A DNA stretch of 64,000 bases from a bacterium (GTDB lineage: Bacteria; Hinthialibacterota; Hinthialibacteria; Hinthialibacterales; Hinthialibacteraceae), in assembly GCA_963663405.2 (NCBI GenBank), contig CAXXSM010000105.1, positions 32,001 to 96,000 of the forward strand, read 5' to 3'. Below, piece by piece: positions 28,581 to 39,114 of the stretch (position 1 is the stretch's first letter; every line of letters begins with the position of its first letter). A program made the position numbers and the translations under genes. The notes below the pieces were generated by a model. That model saw nothing but the letters and a program-made list of their open reading frames with translations, was not told the origin of the DNA and made no database searches.

Positions 28581-29603
28581 ATGATAACAGCGGATTCAAA
28601 CCGTACCCAATGGCTTATCGGCGTTGTCATAGCGTTAGCGCTTCTCGGCGCTCTCTTTTCACTCGTTTTTATCAATAGAGAAAACAGAAACGAACTAACA
28701 AAAAAGCCTTCGAACAATCTGGATCAACTTCGTAAAACCGATCCATCGTTGATTCTTTACGAAGAAGCCTGTCCACCCATCGCCACAGGAATTCCTTTGC
28801 CCCAAGCGATCGCCGCCGGTCCCAACGGAAATATCTACGTCACAGGGGGACAAACGGTATACGCGTTCAGCCCTTCGGGAGAAAAACTACCGTTTACCAT
28901 TGAATTGAAACAGGAAATTACTGCGATCACCGTTTCGGAAGATAGTCTCTTCTACCTTGGCGTGGGGGATCATATTGAAGTGTATGAATCCACTGGCCAG
29001 TTGAAAAGCCGGTGGGGCAGCGCAGGGCCGAAAACGATCCTCACATCGATTGGAGTTCACAAAGAACACGTCTTCGCAACAGATTTAGGAAACCGGACCG
29101 CCCTTCAATTCGACGCGGCAGGCCGGAAGATCAACTCGTTCGGTGATTTTGTGATCCCCAGTTATTATTTCGATCTAGCCGTCTCACCGGATGGATCTGT
29201 TTTTATCGCCAACACCGGCGCGCACCGCATTGAAACCTATTCCCTGGATGGGAATCTAGTATCCTGGTGGGGTGAATATTCCGGCGTAGATCCGAAAAAG
29301 TTCTGTGGATGCTGCAACCCCGCCCATTTCACCCTGCTACCCAATAGGGAAGGCTTTGTCACCTGCGAGAAAGGTATTACCCGCGTCAAAGTTTACGATC
29401 GAGAAGGTGTGTTCACCGGATTCGCCGCAGGCCCCGAACAATTCGCTCGCCACGATCGTCTCAGCGCCGCCCCGGACGTTGATCCCACCGGCGCCGCTCT
29501 CGATGTGACGGCTGACGGTCAAGGGCGGATCATTGTGTTAGATCCTCTACTCTCTGAAATACGAATTTTTACACGGATAAAAGACAAAACGCCTGAGAGT
29601 TGA
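28581..29603 (+). CDS. Membrane-anchored NHL-repeat (6-bladed propeller) protein with an FCGCCNP motif
   Basis: N-terminal TM; P.AIA..G.IYV, F.IPS.YFDLAV..DG..FIAN.G.HRIE, FCGCCNPAH, VTCEKG..RVKVY. Confidence 0.85.
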   Translation: MITADSNRTQWLIGVVIALALLGALFSLVFINRENRNELTKKPSNNLDQLRKTDPSLILYEEACPPIATGIPLPQAIAAGPNGNIYVTGGQTVYAFSPSGEKLPFTIELKQEITAITVSEDSLFYLGVGDHIEVYESTGQLKSRWGSAGPKTILTSIGVHKEHVFATDLGNRTALQFDAAGRKINSFGDFVIPSYYFDLAVSPDGSVFIANTGAHRIETYSLDGNLVSWWGEYSGVDPKKFCGCCNPAHFTLLPNREGFVTCEKGITRVKVYDREGVFTGFAAGPEQFARHDRLSAAPDVDPTGAALDVTADGQGRIIVLDPLLSEIRIFTRIKDKTPES

Positions 29604-29775
29604 CACACGGCCAGAATCCCATTTCGCTTCACTTATCTTCAGTTACTCTCATTATTGATCCATCAAAATACTTTCTTTCTTCCTGAAAATCTTTTTTTTT
29701 GCACAAAAAAACCTTCATTCCACGTGGGTAATATAAAATGACCATAGAAAATGGATTCAGGATTGTTATTGCTTA

Positions 29776-30255
29776 ATGATTGATTTCAAGCAGGCGCTCG
29801 AGCGATTTTACATCCAATACCGGCAAGAACTTTTTACCTACGCATTGGCGATTTTAAAATGTTCCACCCGGGCGGAAGACGCCGTCCATGATGCGTTCTG
29901 CCGTTTGATTAAGCGCAACAACAATCCAGTGGAATTGAAGCCATACGTCTTTCGCGCCGTGCGCAACGCGGCGATGGATGAACTCCGTCACAATCCGGCG
30001 CCCGCTGAATCCAATGGTTATATTTTTGATTGTGAGACCAGCCCACGCGAAGCGGCGGATTTAAATGAAACCAGCCGAAAAATCGCCACCGGTTTACTCA
30101 CTCTCACGGAGGACGAGAGGGAAACGGTCGTCCAACATCTTTACACCGGTTTGACTTTTCGTGAAATTGCTGAAATACGAGAAACACCTCTGGGAACCGT
30201 CACCTCGTGGTATCAACGAGGACTCAAAAAACTTCGGGAACGTTTGGAGAAATAG
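29776..30255 (+). CDS. ECF sigma-70 factor
   Basis: AEDAVHDAF, YVFRAVRN region 2; GLTFREIAE....LGTV.S...RGL region 4. Confidence 0.93.
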   Translation: MIDFKQALERFYIQYRQELFTYALAILKCSTRAEDAVHDAFCRLIKRNNNPVELKPYVFRAVRNAAMDELRHNPAPAESNGYIFDCETSPREAADLNETSRKIATGLLTLTEDERETVVQHLYTGLTFREIAEIRETPLGTVTSWYQRGLKKLRERLEK

Positions 30256-30257
30256 AT

Positions 30258-30623
30258 ATGCGAGATTTTGAATCGCAATTACAAAAGGCGCCGTTACGAC
30301 GGCCTTCCCCCGAATTGGATAGAAGAATCCAGTCGTTAACGGCAAAAGAATCCATCTCGTACGTCTATCAGGAGAGACGTATTTCTCTCGGTTGGGCTTT
30401 TGCGGCAGCGTTGGTAATGGGTATTATAGGATTCGCGGTTGGAGCGTATTGGCAAGCGAAACAATCAACGTATGAATTCTCCTCATTCCCACAATCCCAA
30501 GTTCATATTATTTACTACCCTTCGGATTCAAAACCAGTATTCGATTTCACCCAACAGCCTAGAACAGATTTCATTAACACCGATACGATTAACATAATTA
30601 CTAAAGGAGAGCAAAAACTATGA
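30258..30623 (+). CDS. Putative single-TM anti-sigma factor
   Basis: Directly follows the ECF gene; short N-terminus E..L...PLR.PS.ELD.RI and one TM helix. Confidence 0.65.
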   Translation: MRDFESQLQKAPLRRPSPELDRRIQSLTAKESISYVYQERRISLGWAFAAALVMGIIGFAVGAYWQAKQSTYEFSSFPQSQVHIIYYPSDSKPVFDFTQQPRTDFINTDTINIITKGEQKL

Positions 30624-31360
30624 TCCATTGTAAGTACATTCTAACGTTTTCGATGATCTTGATCTCAACATTAATCGCCTTTGGACAAGAAAATAACGAT
30701 ATCGTATTTATCAAATTCGATATCTATAAAGTCCTTGGTGGAATTGCTGGAGACACTTCCATGACGGATAATGTATGGGAAGGAATCAACAAATCCACGA
30801 AATTGAAACCCATAGAAGAGCATAAGTTTTTTGACACCACGGATCTGACCGTTGCTGGTACCCATCTACTTACCAATGAAAAAGAGTGGACATGGAACGG
30901 AAAAGAAAAACCACCGGAAACCGGCGGGATAGAATTACTTTCAAGCCCCGCTGTGATCGTAAGGATTCATGAATCATTTGCCATAGAATCCGGTTCGGAA
31001 GTTCCCGCTATGCAATATTATGAAAAACGCTCGGATGGTCTTTTTGAAATAAAATCTATGGATCCGGACAATTGTGTTAACACAGGATTCAGGATTTCAT
31101 CGAGGATTGAAGAAGGGCCGTCGAATCGAATTATTTTAAAAGATTTCTTTTTTGAAATGAGTAGCATCGATTTTAGGGAAAAAATCGATGGCGTCGATCT
31201 CGATGTAGGAAAACCCGTCATTATCAAGAAGGAGATTAAAACAGATTTAGCCATCAAACCGGATTGCAACTATGGATTGCTGGTTCGATCGAAAGGCGAG
31301 GGCGCGTTAATCATTAAATTCCGCGCCAGCTGGATATCTGAACAAGATCAATTGAAATGA
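30620..31360 (+). CDS. Secreted protein with a secretin-like beta-sheet signature
   Basis: Signal peptide; LLSSPAVIVR..E..AIESG..VP, NTG.RI, GKPVI.KKEIKTDL resemble the secretin domain core. ATGA coupling. Confidence 0.55.
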   Translation: MIHCKYILTFSMILISTLIAFGQENNDIVFIKFDIYKVLGGIAGDTSMTDNVWEGINKSTKLKPIEEHKFFDTTDLTVAGTHLLTNEKEWTWNGKEKPPETGGIELLSSPAVIVRIHESFAIESGSEVPAMQYYEKRSDGLFEIKSMDPDNCVNTGFRISSRIEEGPSNRIILKDFFFEMSSIDFREKIDGVDLDVGKPVIIKKEIKTDLAIKPDCNYGLLVRSKGEGALIIKFRASWISEQDQLK

Positions 31361-31395
31361 AAAAACAACGTTCAAACGGTTCCTATCCCCACAAT

Positions 31396-32781
31396 CTAAA
31401 GTTTCCATGGTTCCCGATATTCATAATGTAGTAATTCATTCGCCTCTTTATTGTTCGTGATTACTTCTTTATCCGCATCCCAATCAATCCGTGATTTCGT
31501 CTGTAAGGCGATATTGCCCAGATGGGCGAATGTAGTCGAGCGATGCCCCGTTTCGAGATCGCAGTTGGGCGTTTCACGGGATTTAACGCAGTCCAGGAAA
31601 TTGCGGATATTTTGATACGTTAGATCGCCGTCCATCGATTCCACTTTCTCATTTTTCACATTCGATTTCTGGGTTTGGAACTGTCCGGGTCTTGCGGGAA
31701 TAATTGAGTATCCATTGCCTTCCGATCCGGTATAAATGTTACCGAGTGTGCCCCGGAATTCGATTTCACCTTCAAGGAGAGCAGGGCCGCTGTTGGCTTC
31801 GTATTGTCCGAATATCAGCAGACATCCCGACGGCAGTTCGAAGATCACTTCCATCGTATCAGGAACCGTGCGATCGTCATCAACCGCGAAGCGTCCTCCA
31901 TGCGCTGAAACTGAAATGGGAGCCAATTCATTGAGAACCCAGCGGATCGCGTCGCAGTAATGAACGCCCCAGTTCGCTATCTGAGACGAATATTTCTGCC
32001 ACCACCGAAATTTATATGGCGTGATATTGGTTTGAAACGAACGGTCGTTTCGTGGACCGAGCCACATATCCCAATTGAAATTCTTCAATGGTTTTTCCGG
32101 CTTATTCTTATTGATTCCAAGTGGATACATATTGCTGATTCGATACGCCCGCGCCACGGTCACTTTCCCGATCATTCCGTTTTGCACCTGCTCGCTGACC
32201 TGGCGGTACATCTTCGAGGACCGGCGGTGCAGACCGACCTGCACGACACGATTGGTTTTCTTGGCCACCTCAACCATTTTCCGGCCTTCGTAAACGGTGA
32301 TGGACAGCGGTTTCTCGACGTAGACATCCTTCCCCGCCTCGCAGGCCATGATCATTTGAATCGCATGCCAGTGATCCGGGGTGGCGATGGTTACCGCGTC
32401 GATATCATTCTGTTCCAACACACGCCGGAAATCCCCACAGCGCATAACATTATGATCAAATTTCTCTCCCATCCGGGGGATTCTCCCCCCAAGCGCGTCA
32501 AGCATATCCTTATCGACTTTGGACAGATCGCGCTGCACGTATGGTTCGTACACATCGCAGAGCGCCGCCACTTCCATATCGTCATTTTTCATAAAAGCGC
32601 TCAATAACTGAGATCCCCGGTTGCCCACGCCGATGAATCCAACCCGGATCCGGTCGTTAGCGCCTAGGACTCGGTTGCTTGAAACTGCGCTCAATCCCAT
32701 TGTCACTCCCGCCGCCGCAATAGCCGACTTGCCGAAAAATCCCCGCCGTGTTGACTTCGTCTGTTTTTCACTCATCGTCAT
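31396..32781 (-). CDS. Tat-exported Gfo/Idh/MocA family oxidoreductase
   Basis: TRRGFF Tat motif, GANDRIRVGFIGVGNRG, ATPDHWH, KDVYVEKP, NWGVHY.D. Confidence 0.93.
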   Translation of the reverse strand: MTMSEKQTKSTRRGFFGKSAIAAAGVTMGLSAVSSNRVLGANDRIRVGFIGVGNRGSQLLSAFMKNDDMEVAALCDVYEPYVQRDLSKVDKDMLDALGGRIPRMGEKFDHNVMRCGDFRRVLEQNDIDAVTIATPDHWHAIQMIMACEAGKDVYVEKPLSITVYEGRKMVEVAKKTNRVVQVGLHRRSSKMYRQVSEQVQNGMIGKVTVARAYRISNMYPLGINKNKPEKPLKNFNWDMWLGPRNDRSFQTNITPYKFRWWQKYSSQIANWGVHYCDAIRWVLNELAPISVSAHGGRFAVDDDRTVPDTMEVIFELPSGCLLIFGQYEANSGPALLEGEIEFRGTLGNIYTGSEGNGYSIIPARPGQFQTQKSNVKNEKVESMDGDLTYQNIRNFLDCVKSRETPNCDLETGHRSTTFAHLGNIALQTKSRIDWDADKEVITNNKEANELLHYEYREPWKL

Positions 32782-32897
32782 TCTCCTGCGTTTTGTGAAT
32801 TTCTCTCATACATATCACATTTCACAATAAAATTCTATCTGTAAAGCTGGGAATAAAATAAGAATGCTTTTCTGCCCTTGCAATTGATCCACATTCC

Positions 32898-34016
32898 TTA
32901 CCATTCCGTAAACGATCCATCCTCCAATGTGAACACTGGTGTTTCCCAATCTCCTGCAAAGATTTTTTCCTGGATCGCTTCTTCATCCAACTCGATTCCC
33001 AAACCGGGTTTATCGGGTATTGGGACATATCCATTCACTACGCGGAACGGATCGCGGATGTATCCTTCACCGAGAGAGAGATGTTCCTGAATGAGAAAGT
33101 TCGGTGTGCAGGCCGCGAGTTGGAGACAGGCCGCCAACGCGATCGGCCCCAATGGGCAATGTGGAGCGACGGCGATGTTGCGGGCTTCGGCCATCGCGGC
33201 GATCTTACGGGCTTCGAAGATTCCTCCTACGTGCGAGAGATCCGGCTGGATGATCGCCGCCGCCTGGCGTTCGATTAGATCGTTGAATTGCCAGCGTGTA
33301 AACAGCCGTTCGCCTGTGGCGATGGGAATGATTGTGCTTTCGGCAATCTCCTTCATCGCGGTTACGTCACCCGGCAGGACCGGCTCTTCGATGAACATGG
33401 GATCGTATGGTTCAAGGAGGCGCGCCAACCGTTTCGCCAACGCGGGCGCGACACGTCCATGAAAATCCACTCCAATATCGATCCCCCGCCCGGCGGCCTC
33501 GCGCGCCTCGGCGACATTGGCCACGATTCGGTCCATCATTTCAGGCGCCTCGACTGCGCGCACAGCGGGAACCGGTGTCATTTTGTACGCTGTAAACTGT
33601 CCGTCATCGATGCTGCGTTTGAAATTCTCGATGTAATCGCCGGTTTTTTCCACATCCACCCAGCCATACATCCGCGCTTTCCCGCGCACTTTGCCTCCGA
33701 GCAACTGCCAGACGGGCGTTCCCAGCGATTTCCCCAAAATATCCCATAGCGCCTGTTCGACGCCGGAGAGGGCGCTGGTCAAGACCGGCCCGCCCCGGTA
33801 GAATGTGCCCCGGTAAATCGTCTGCCAATGCCGCTCGATTTCTCTTGGATCTTTTCCAAGGAGATACCGGCCGATTTCATGCACCGCCGTCTCTACGGTC
33901 TGCGTCCGCCCTTCCAGCGTCGGTTCACCCAAACCAGTGATCCCCTTATCCGTGTGGATTTTCAAAAACAACCACCGGGGTTTGACATGAAAGGTTTCTA
34001 ATTTCGTGATTATCAT
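32898..34016 (-). CDS. dgoD: Galactonate dehydratase (mandelate racemase/enolase superfamily)
   Basis: PRWLFLKI.TD.G..G.GEP.LEGR, FYRGGPVL.SA, DFHGR, FIEEP, IATGERL, APHCPLGPI. Confidence 0.9.
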   Translation of the reverse strand: MIITKLETFHVKPRWLFLKIHTDKGITGLGEPTLEGRTQTVETAVHEIGRYLLGKDPREIERHWQTIYRGTFYRGGPVLTSALSGVEQALWDILGKSLGTPVWQLLGGKVRGKARMYGWVDVEKTGDYIENFKRSIDDGQFTAYKMTPVPAVRAVEAPEMMDRIVANVAEAREAAGRGIDIGVDFHGRVAPALAKRLARLLEPYDPMFIEEPVLPGDVTAMKEIAESTIIPIATGERLFTRWQFNDLIERQAAAIIQPDLSHVGGIFEARKIAAMAEARNIAVAPHCPLGPIALAACLQLAACTPNFLIQEHLSLGEGYIRDPFRVVNGYVPIPDKPGLGIELDEEAIQEKIFAGDWETPVFTLEDGSFTEW

Positions 34017-34129
34017 TGTAAAATCCCCCATCCTCTCTTTTCATTTCCATAGGATCAATGAACCCTATGATAACACGCCTCTCTTCTATTAGAATGACAT
34101 GAAAACCATTTCACAAAGGAAGGTGAATT

Positions 34130-35585
34130 ATGATACGGCGAATTTTTTTGTTTCTAATCATTACTCTATGCGCGATGACATCTCAATACGTGAGTTCATC
34201 AGAAACCATCATCGATCTTGGTTCGCGGTTGGAACTATTTGCAGACCGGTATCTGATTGATGAATTGAATGGAACCGAATTGCGCCTTCATTCTCCCCAA
34301 TGTACCGGCGCGGTTCTTCAATTCGACAATCCGTGGGAAGGACGGTATTGCGGTTATTCCACTACGTTCAAAGATGGAGACAAATACCGTCTCTATTACC
34401 GTGGACTCCCTATGGCCGGTCGCGATGGGAGCACGACGGAAGTGACGTGCTGCGCTGAAAGCGTGGATGGCGTAACATGGGAAAAACCGGATCTTGGAAT
34501 TTACGAGATCATGGGGACGAGGAAAAACAATGTTGTGCTTTCCGGCATGGCTCCCTGCTCGCATAACTTCGCTCCATTTCTGGACACGAAACCGGCTGTT
34601 GCAAGCAACCAGCGCTACAAAGCCCTTGCAGGGACGGGGAATAGTGGGTTGATCGGTTTTGTCTCATCGGACGGCTTGCATTGGGAAAAAATACGGGAAG
34701 AGGCGCTTATCACTGAAGGCGCCTTTGATTCGCAGAACATCGCCTTTTGGTCAGAGGCGGAACAATGCTACGTCTGTTATTTCCGCACATGGACCAAGGG
34801 GGAATACAATGGCTATCGCACGATCAGCCGCTGTACATCTCCCGACTTTTTAAATTGGAGTGATCCAGTAGAGATGAGTTTCGGCGATACGCCACGCGAG
34901 CATCTTTACACAAACCAGACGCAGCCCTATTTCCGCGCGCCGCATCTTTACATCGCTCTCCCCGCGCGGTTTATGCCTGGACGCCGAGTACTGACCAAAG
35001 AGCAATTCGAAGCTCTTGGCGGCGACGCGGGATATTCGGGCGATTGTTCAGATACTTGTTTTATGACCAGCCGGGGCGGATCTGTTTACGACCGCACATT
35101 CATGGAAGGTTTCGTACGGCCCGGATTGGGTCTCAACAATTGGAGTTCCCGCACGAATTACACCACACATGGTATGCTCCCTACCGGGCCGGGTGAAATT
35201 TCCCTCTTCATTCAACGCAACTATGGTCAGCCCTCACACTACCTCGAACGCCTCACGCTGCGTACGGATGGATTCGCCTCCCTCCACGCCCCCTACACAG
35301 GAGGGGAAGCGCTGACAAAACCGTTCCGTTTCAAAGGCGAAAAAACTGACCATTAATTATTCCACCTCCGCCGCTGGAAGCATATGGATCGAAATACAGG
35401 ACGCGCAAGGAAATCCCATCCCCGGCTACACCAAAGAAGACGCCGATGAAATCTTAGGCGATATGATCGAACGAACTGTCACATGGAAAGGGAATGCGGA
35501 TGTAAGTTCTTTAGCTGGAAAACCGGTCCGGCTGCGGTTGATATTGAAGGATGCGGATTTGTATTCGATCCGGTTTGGGGGGTAG
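34130..35585 (+). CDS. Secreted putative glycosidase (GH32/43-like five-bladed propeller plus C-terminal domain); +1 frameshift at 35340-35345
   Basis: Signal peptide, RLELFAD.YLI, S.DG..W.KP.LG, FDSQN, LR.DGFAS. The ORF stops at 35356, but the shifted frame continues KLTINYSTSAAGSI..GKPVRLR..LKDADLYSIRF to TAG at 35585. Confidence 0.75.
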
Positions 35586-35608
35586 GATTGATGTTGGTTG
35601 AAGGCGCT

Positions 35609-35827
35609 CTATGATGTATCTCTTCGATTCAAATCCGCATGTTCATGGAGCAAGTCTTCTAAATAAACCTGAATCTCGTCTTTTTTGACATCTGGTGGGA
35701 TCACAATATCATGCGCCGGTCTGTTGATTCCACCAGTGCCTTTAATTACTACTCGCCAACGATCATTCTCACGGATGATACGCAGTTTTTTTTCGTAGAC
35801 AATTATGTCAAACTTTGTTGGCTCCAT
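35609..35827 (-). CDS. Small hypothetical protein
   Basis: 72 aa, ..IVIP.DV...EI..YL.DL.HE pattern, AT-rich, co-oriented with the next gene. Confidence 0.6.
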   Translation of the reverse strand: MEPTKFDIIVYEKKLRIIRENDRWRVVIKGTGGINRPAHDIVIPPDVKKDEIQVYLEDLLHEHADLNRRDTS

Positions 35828-35847
35828 TTACGCTCATCCATCAAGAT

Positions 35848-36150
35848 CTACTGGACAAAATTTAACGCTGGATACCAAATTCCTTTAAAAACACAAATCC
35901 CTATATTCGGCTGCACATGACCGGCGTCTAATGTTCTTATATCAACATTCTCAATAATCTTCTTGACCGGAGGCAGTTCCTCATTTTCAAATAACTGTTC
36001 TTTTATAAGCCGCAACGCTTCGTTCGTATTCTCTGCGGTTACTCCATATCCATGTTGAATATAAATAGTGTGACGGTCATATATAGTGAAATCAAACTCA
36101 ATCCAATATCGTATCATTGTATCGAGTTTGATTTTACGGTATTTATTCAT
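35848..36150 (-). CDS. Small hypothetical protein (GYGVTA / LD.GHV.PN.G / GIWYP motifs)
   Basis: Motif-rich 100-aa ORF, AT-rich. Possible later start at MIRYW. Confidence 0.65.
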   Translation of the reverse strand: MNKYRKIKLDTMIRYWIEFDFTIYDRHTIYIQHGYGVTAENTNEALRLIKEQLFENEELPPVKKIIENVDIRTLDAGHVQPNIGICVFKGIWYPALNFVQ

Positions 36151-36194
36151 CGGATTTTCTTTTCAGCAACCGATCCGTAAAGAAACTAATCCAC

Positions 36195-37106
36195 TCACGC
36201 GTTCAGCGCTTTATCGATCCGGCCCATGTTTTCGTCGATCTGCGCGGGATTCATCATGCCGATGGTCATGGAATCGACGAGATTGTTGTCGACGACGTAT
36301 TTGATGGAGGCGTCTTTCTGCTCCGGTTCGGTGAATGTTCCTTCGCCATAGATTTTCATTCCAATGATGGCTTTTCCATTGGCGCGGGCTTTTTGGAGCG
36401 TGGGTGTGATTTCTTCCACCGGGCCATCCATTTTGGTTCCGTCATGGTTGATACGGGCGAAGACGACATCCGTCCAATCAAGGTCGACGGCGGTTTTGAG
36501 GGCTTCATGATTGTGACACGAGACGCCGGCGGCGCGCACGATTCCTTTTTCTTTCAGTTCGGACAATTCATCCAACACACGTTTGTACCGATCCGGCCAG
36601 TCCGCATTGCTGAGGCAATGAAGCAGGCAGACGTCGATCATTTCCGTCCCCAGTTCTTTGCAATACCGTTCAACTTCTTCTTTGGCGCCGCCGGAGGGGA
36701 TCATCCAATCACCCGATTTCCGAAGCCAAATCTTTGTCAAGATCACATATTTGTCTCTCGAGATTCCCTCCATCGCGTTTTTCGTGAATGGATGCGAGCC
36801 GTATAGATCGGCCATATCAATAAAGTTCAGTCCGTTATCGAATCCATGCCGGATCATTTCGGTGTATTTCTTTTGACCCTGCCGCGTCTGGTCGGAAGAC
36901 CGGTTGTATCCGCGCATCCCCGTTCCCATCGCGAGGCGGGAAACGTAGATTCCGGTATTCTGTAATTCCACCCGGTCGGTGACGCTGCGGGAACCGTGTT
37001 TTTTCTCTTCCTTGTTGCTCTCAACCGCCCAGGCTGCGCCCGCCGCCAGCGCTCCCGCGCCCACAAATGATTGTCCAATAAATCGCCGTCTAGATATATT
37101 GTTCAC
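36195..37106 (-). CDS. Tat-exported aldo/keto reductase
   Basis: SRRRFIG Tat motif, VSRLAMGTG, FIDMADLYGSH, LLHC, GVSCH, GMKIYG. GTG start with AAGGAG RBS. Confidence 0.92.
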   Translation of the reverse strand: MNNISRRRFIGQSFVGAGALAAGAAWAVESNKEEKKHGSRSVTDRVELQNTGIYVSRLAMGTGMRGYNRSSDQTRQGQKKYTEMIRHGFDNGLNFIDMADLYGSHPFTKNAMEGISRDKYVILTKIWLRKSGDWMIPSGGAKEEVERYCKELGTEMIDVCLLHCLSNADWPDRYKRVLDELSELKEKGIVRAAGVSCHNHEALKTAVDLDWTDVVFARINHDGTKMDGPVEEITPTLQKARANGKAIIGMKIYGEGTFTEPEQKDASIKYVVDNNLVDSMTIGMMNPAQIDENMGRIDKALNA

Positions 37107-37296
37107 AATACGTCTCCTTTGGTTTCATCAACACGTTCTAAATATTCAGATCCTAATATATTGTAGAAGCGCCGCTGGGAAAATCCAATGAATTAAGACA
37201 TTCATTTCGTTAGCAAATCGTGAGACAAAGAAATTTCGTTCAACTGGGATTGCGGCTGAGACAGGGAATCAATATACTTCTCTTTCTGGCACCATT

Positions 37297-39090
37297 ATGA
37301 AACAAGAACACATCCGTAACTTTTCCATTATCGCGCATATCGACCATGGGAAAAGCACTCTCGCCGACCGCATTCTTGAAATGACGGGAAGTGTTTCCCA
37401 GCGGGATATGCGCGCCCAGTACCTGGACAGCATGGAACTGGAACGTGAACGGGGTATCACGATCAAGGCCCAATCCGCCCGCATTGTATACAAAGCCAAA
37501 GACGGGCGGGAATATCAGCTCAATTTGATCGACACACCCGGCCACGTTGACTTCACGTATGAAGTCTCCCGCTCCCTCGCCGCCTGTGAAGGCGCTGTGC
37601 TGGTTGTTGACGCCGCCCAGGGCATCGAAGCCCAGACCGTCGCCAATCTCTATAAAGCCCTGGATGTAAATCTCGAAATTATCCCGGTTATCAACAAAAT
37701 CGACCTTCCCAACGCCGATCCTGAAAACGTGATGCGTCAGATCCATGAATTGATCGGCAGCACAGAAGAGGAGATGATCCTCGCCAGCGCGAAAGCGGGA
37801 AAAGGCATCGAAGAGATCCTCGAAGCGGTCGTGCAGCGGATTCCTCCGCCGCATGGGAAAAAAGACGATCCACCCCGCGCGCTCGTTATCGACAGCGTGT
37901 TTGATATGTACCGGGGGGTGGTGACATATGTGCGTGTGGTCGATGGCGCGTTCCGTCCCCGCGATCCCGTTATCCTAATGGGGACGGGTGAAGAATATGA
38001 AATTGAAGAAGTGGGGATCTTCACGCCCAAGATGAAAAAGATCGACTGCCTCGAAACGGGCGAGGTGGGGTACATCATCGCCAATATTAAGGATGTGTCC
38101 GAAGCCAACATCGGCGATACGTTCACACACAAAAAACACCGGGCGAAACAATCCCTGCCAGGCTACAATCCACCCCAGAGCATGGTATTCTGCGGACTCT
38201 ATCCGATTGATCCGGATCAATACGAAGACCTTCGAAACAGCTTGGAAAAACTGCGACTGAATGACGCCTCGTTCCATTTCGAACCGGAATCCTCTCTCGC
38301 GTTGGGATTCGGGTTCCGGTGTGGTTTTCTGGGAATGCTGCACATGGAGGTGATCCAAGAACGGCTCGAACGGGAATTCGATCTATCTCTTATTACGACA
38401 GCGCCGAATGTCGCCTATGAGGTAGAGAAGACCGATGGGGAAGTGCTTCTCGTCGAGAATCCCACGGATCTGCCGCCACCCAATCTGATTCAAGAAACTC
38501 GTGAACCCTTTGTCTCAGCGACGATTATCACATCGCCCGAATATATCGGCGGGATCATGAAACTGTCGATGGACCGGCGCGGCGTGGATAAGGGAATGGA
38601 ATATATCTCTCCGGACAGGGCCGTGCTTCGATATGAATATCCTCTCTCTGAGATTATTCTTGATTTTTACGACAAACTGAAATCCACCTCGCGCGGTTAC
38701 GCGTCGCTTGATTATGAATTTTTAGAATATCGGAAAGGGCCGTTAGTTAAACTTGACATGCTGCTCAACGGCAATCCCGTCGACGCGCTTTCTATCATTG
38801 TCCATCGGGACAAGGCGTTTCAGCGGGGGAAATTACTGGCGGAAAAATTGAAAGAGGTTGTCCCTCGACAGCAGTACGACGTCGCCATTCAAGCGGCGAC
38901 CGGTTCAAAGATCATCGCGCGGGAGACCGTCAAAGCCCTTCGAAAGAATGTCACCGCCAAATGTTATGGGGGGGATATCACACGAAAACGAAAACTCCTC
39001 GCCCGGCAGCGGGAAGGGAAAAAACGGATGAAAAACATCGGGAATATTGAAATCCCGCAGGAAGCGTTCATGGCTATCCTTGACATTTAA
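37297..39090 (+). CDS. lepA: Elongation factor 4 (LepA)
   Basis: [49 protein letters not shown]. Confidence 0.99.
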   Translation: MKQEHIRNFSIIAHIDHGKSTLADRILEMTGSVSQRDMRAQYLDSMELERERGITIKAQSARIVYKAKDGREYQLNLIDTPGHVDFTYEVSRSLAACEGAVLVVDAAQGIEAQTVANLYKALDVNLEIIPVINKIDLPNADPENVMRQIHELIGSTEEEMILASAKAGKGIEEILEAVVQRIPPPHGKKDDPPRALVIDSVFDMYRGVVTYVRVVDGAFRPRDPVILMGTGEEYEIEEVGIFTPKMKKIDCLETGEVGYIIANIKDVSEANIGDTFTHKKHRAKQSLPGYNPPQSMVFCGLYPIDPDQYEDLRNSLEKLRLNDASFHFEPESSLALGFGFRCGFLGMLHMEVIQERLEREFDLSLITTAPNVAYEVEKTDGEVLLVENPTDLPPPNLIQETREPFVSATIITSPEYIGGIMKLSMDRRGVDKGMEYISPDRAVLRYEYPLSEIILDFYDKLKSTSRGYASLDYEFLEYRKGPLVKLDMLLNGNPVDALSIIVHRDKAFQRGKLLAEKLKEVVPRQQYDVAIQAATGSKIIARETVKALRKNVTAKCYGGDITRKRKLLARQREGKKRMKNIGNIEIPQEAFMAILDI

Positions 39091-39114
39091 TTCCCTTCCG
39101 CTTAAAGGAGAGAT

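Noticed and set aside
37240-37854. 204-aa antisense ORF, and similar antisense ORFs over atpA, atpD and icd
   Set aside because: These are reverse-strand shadows of highly conserved genes.
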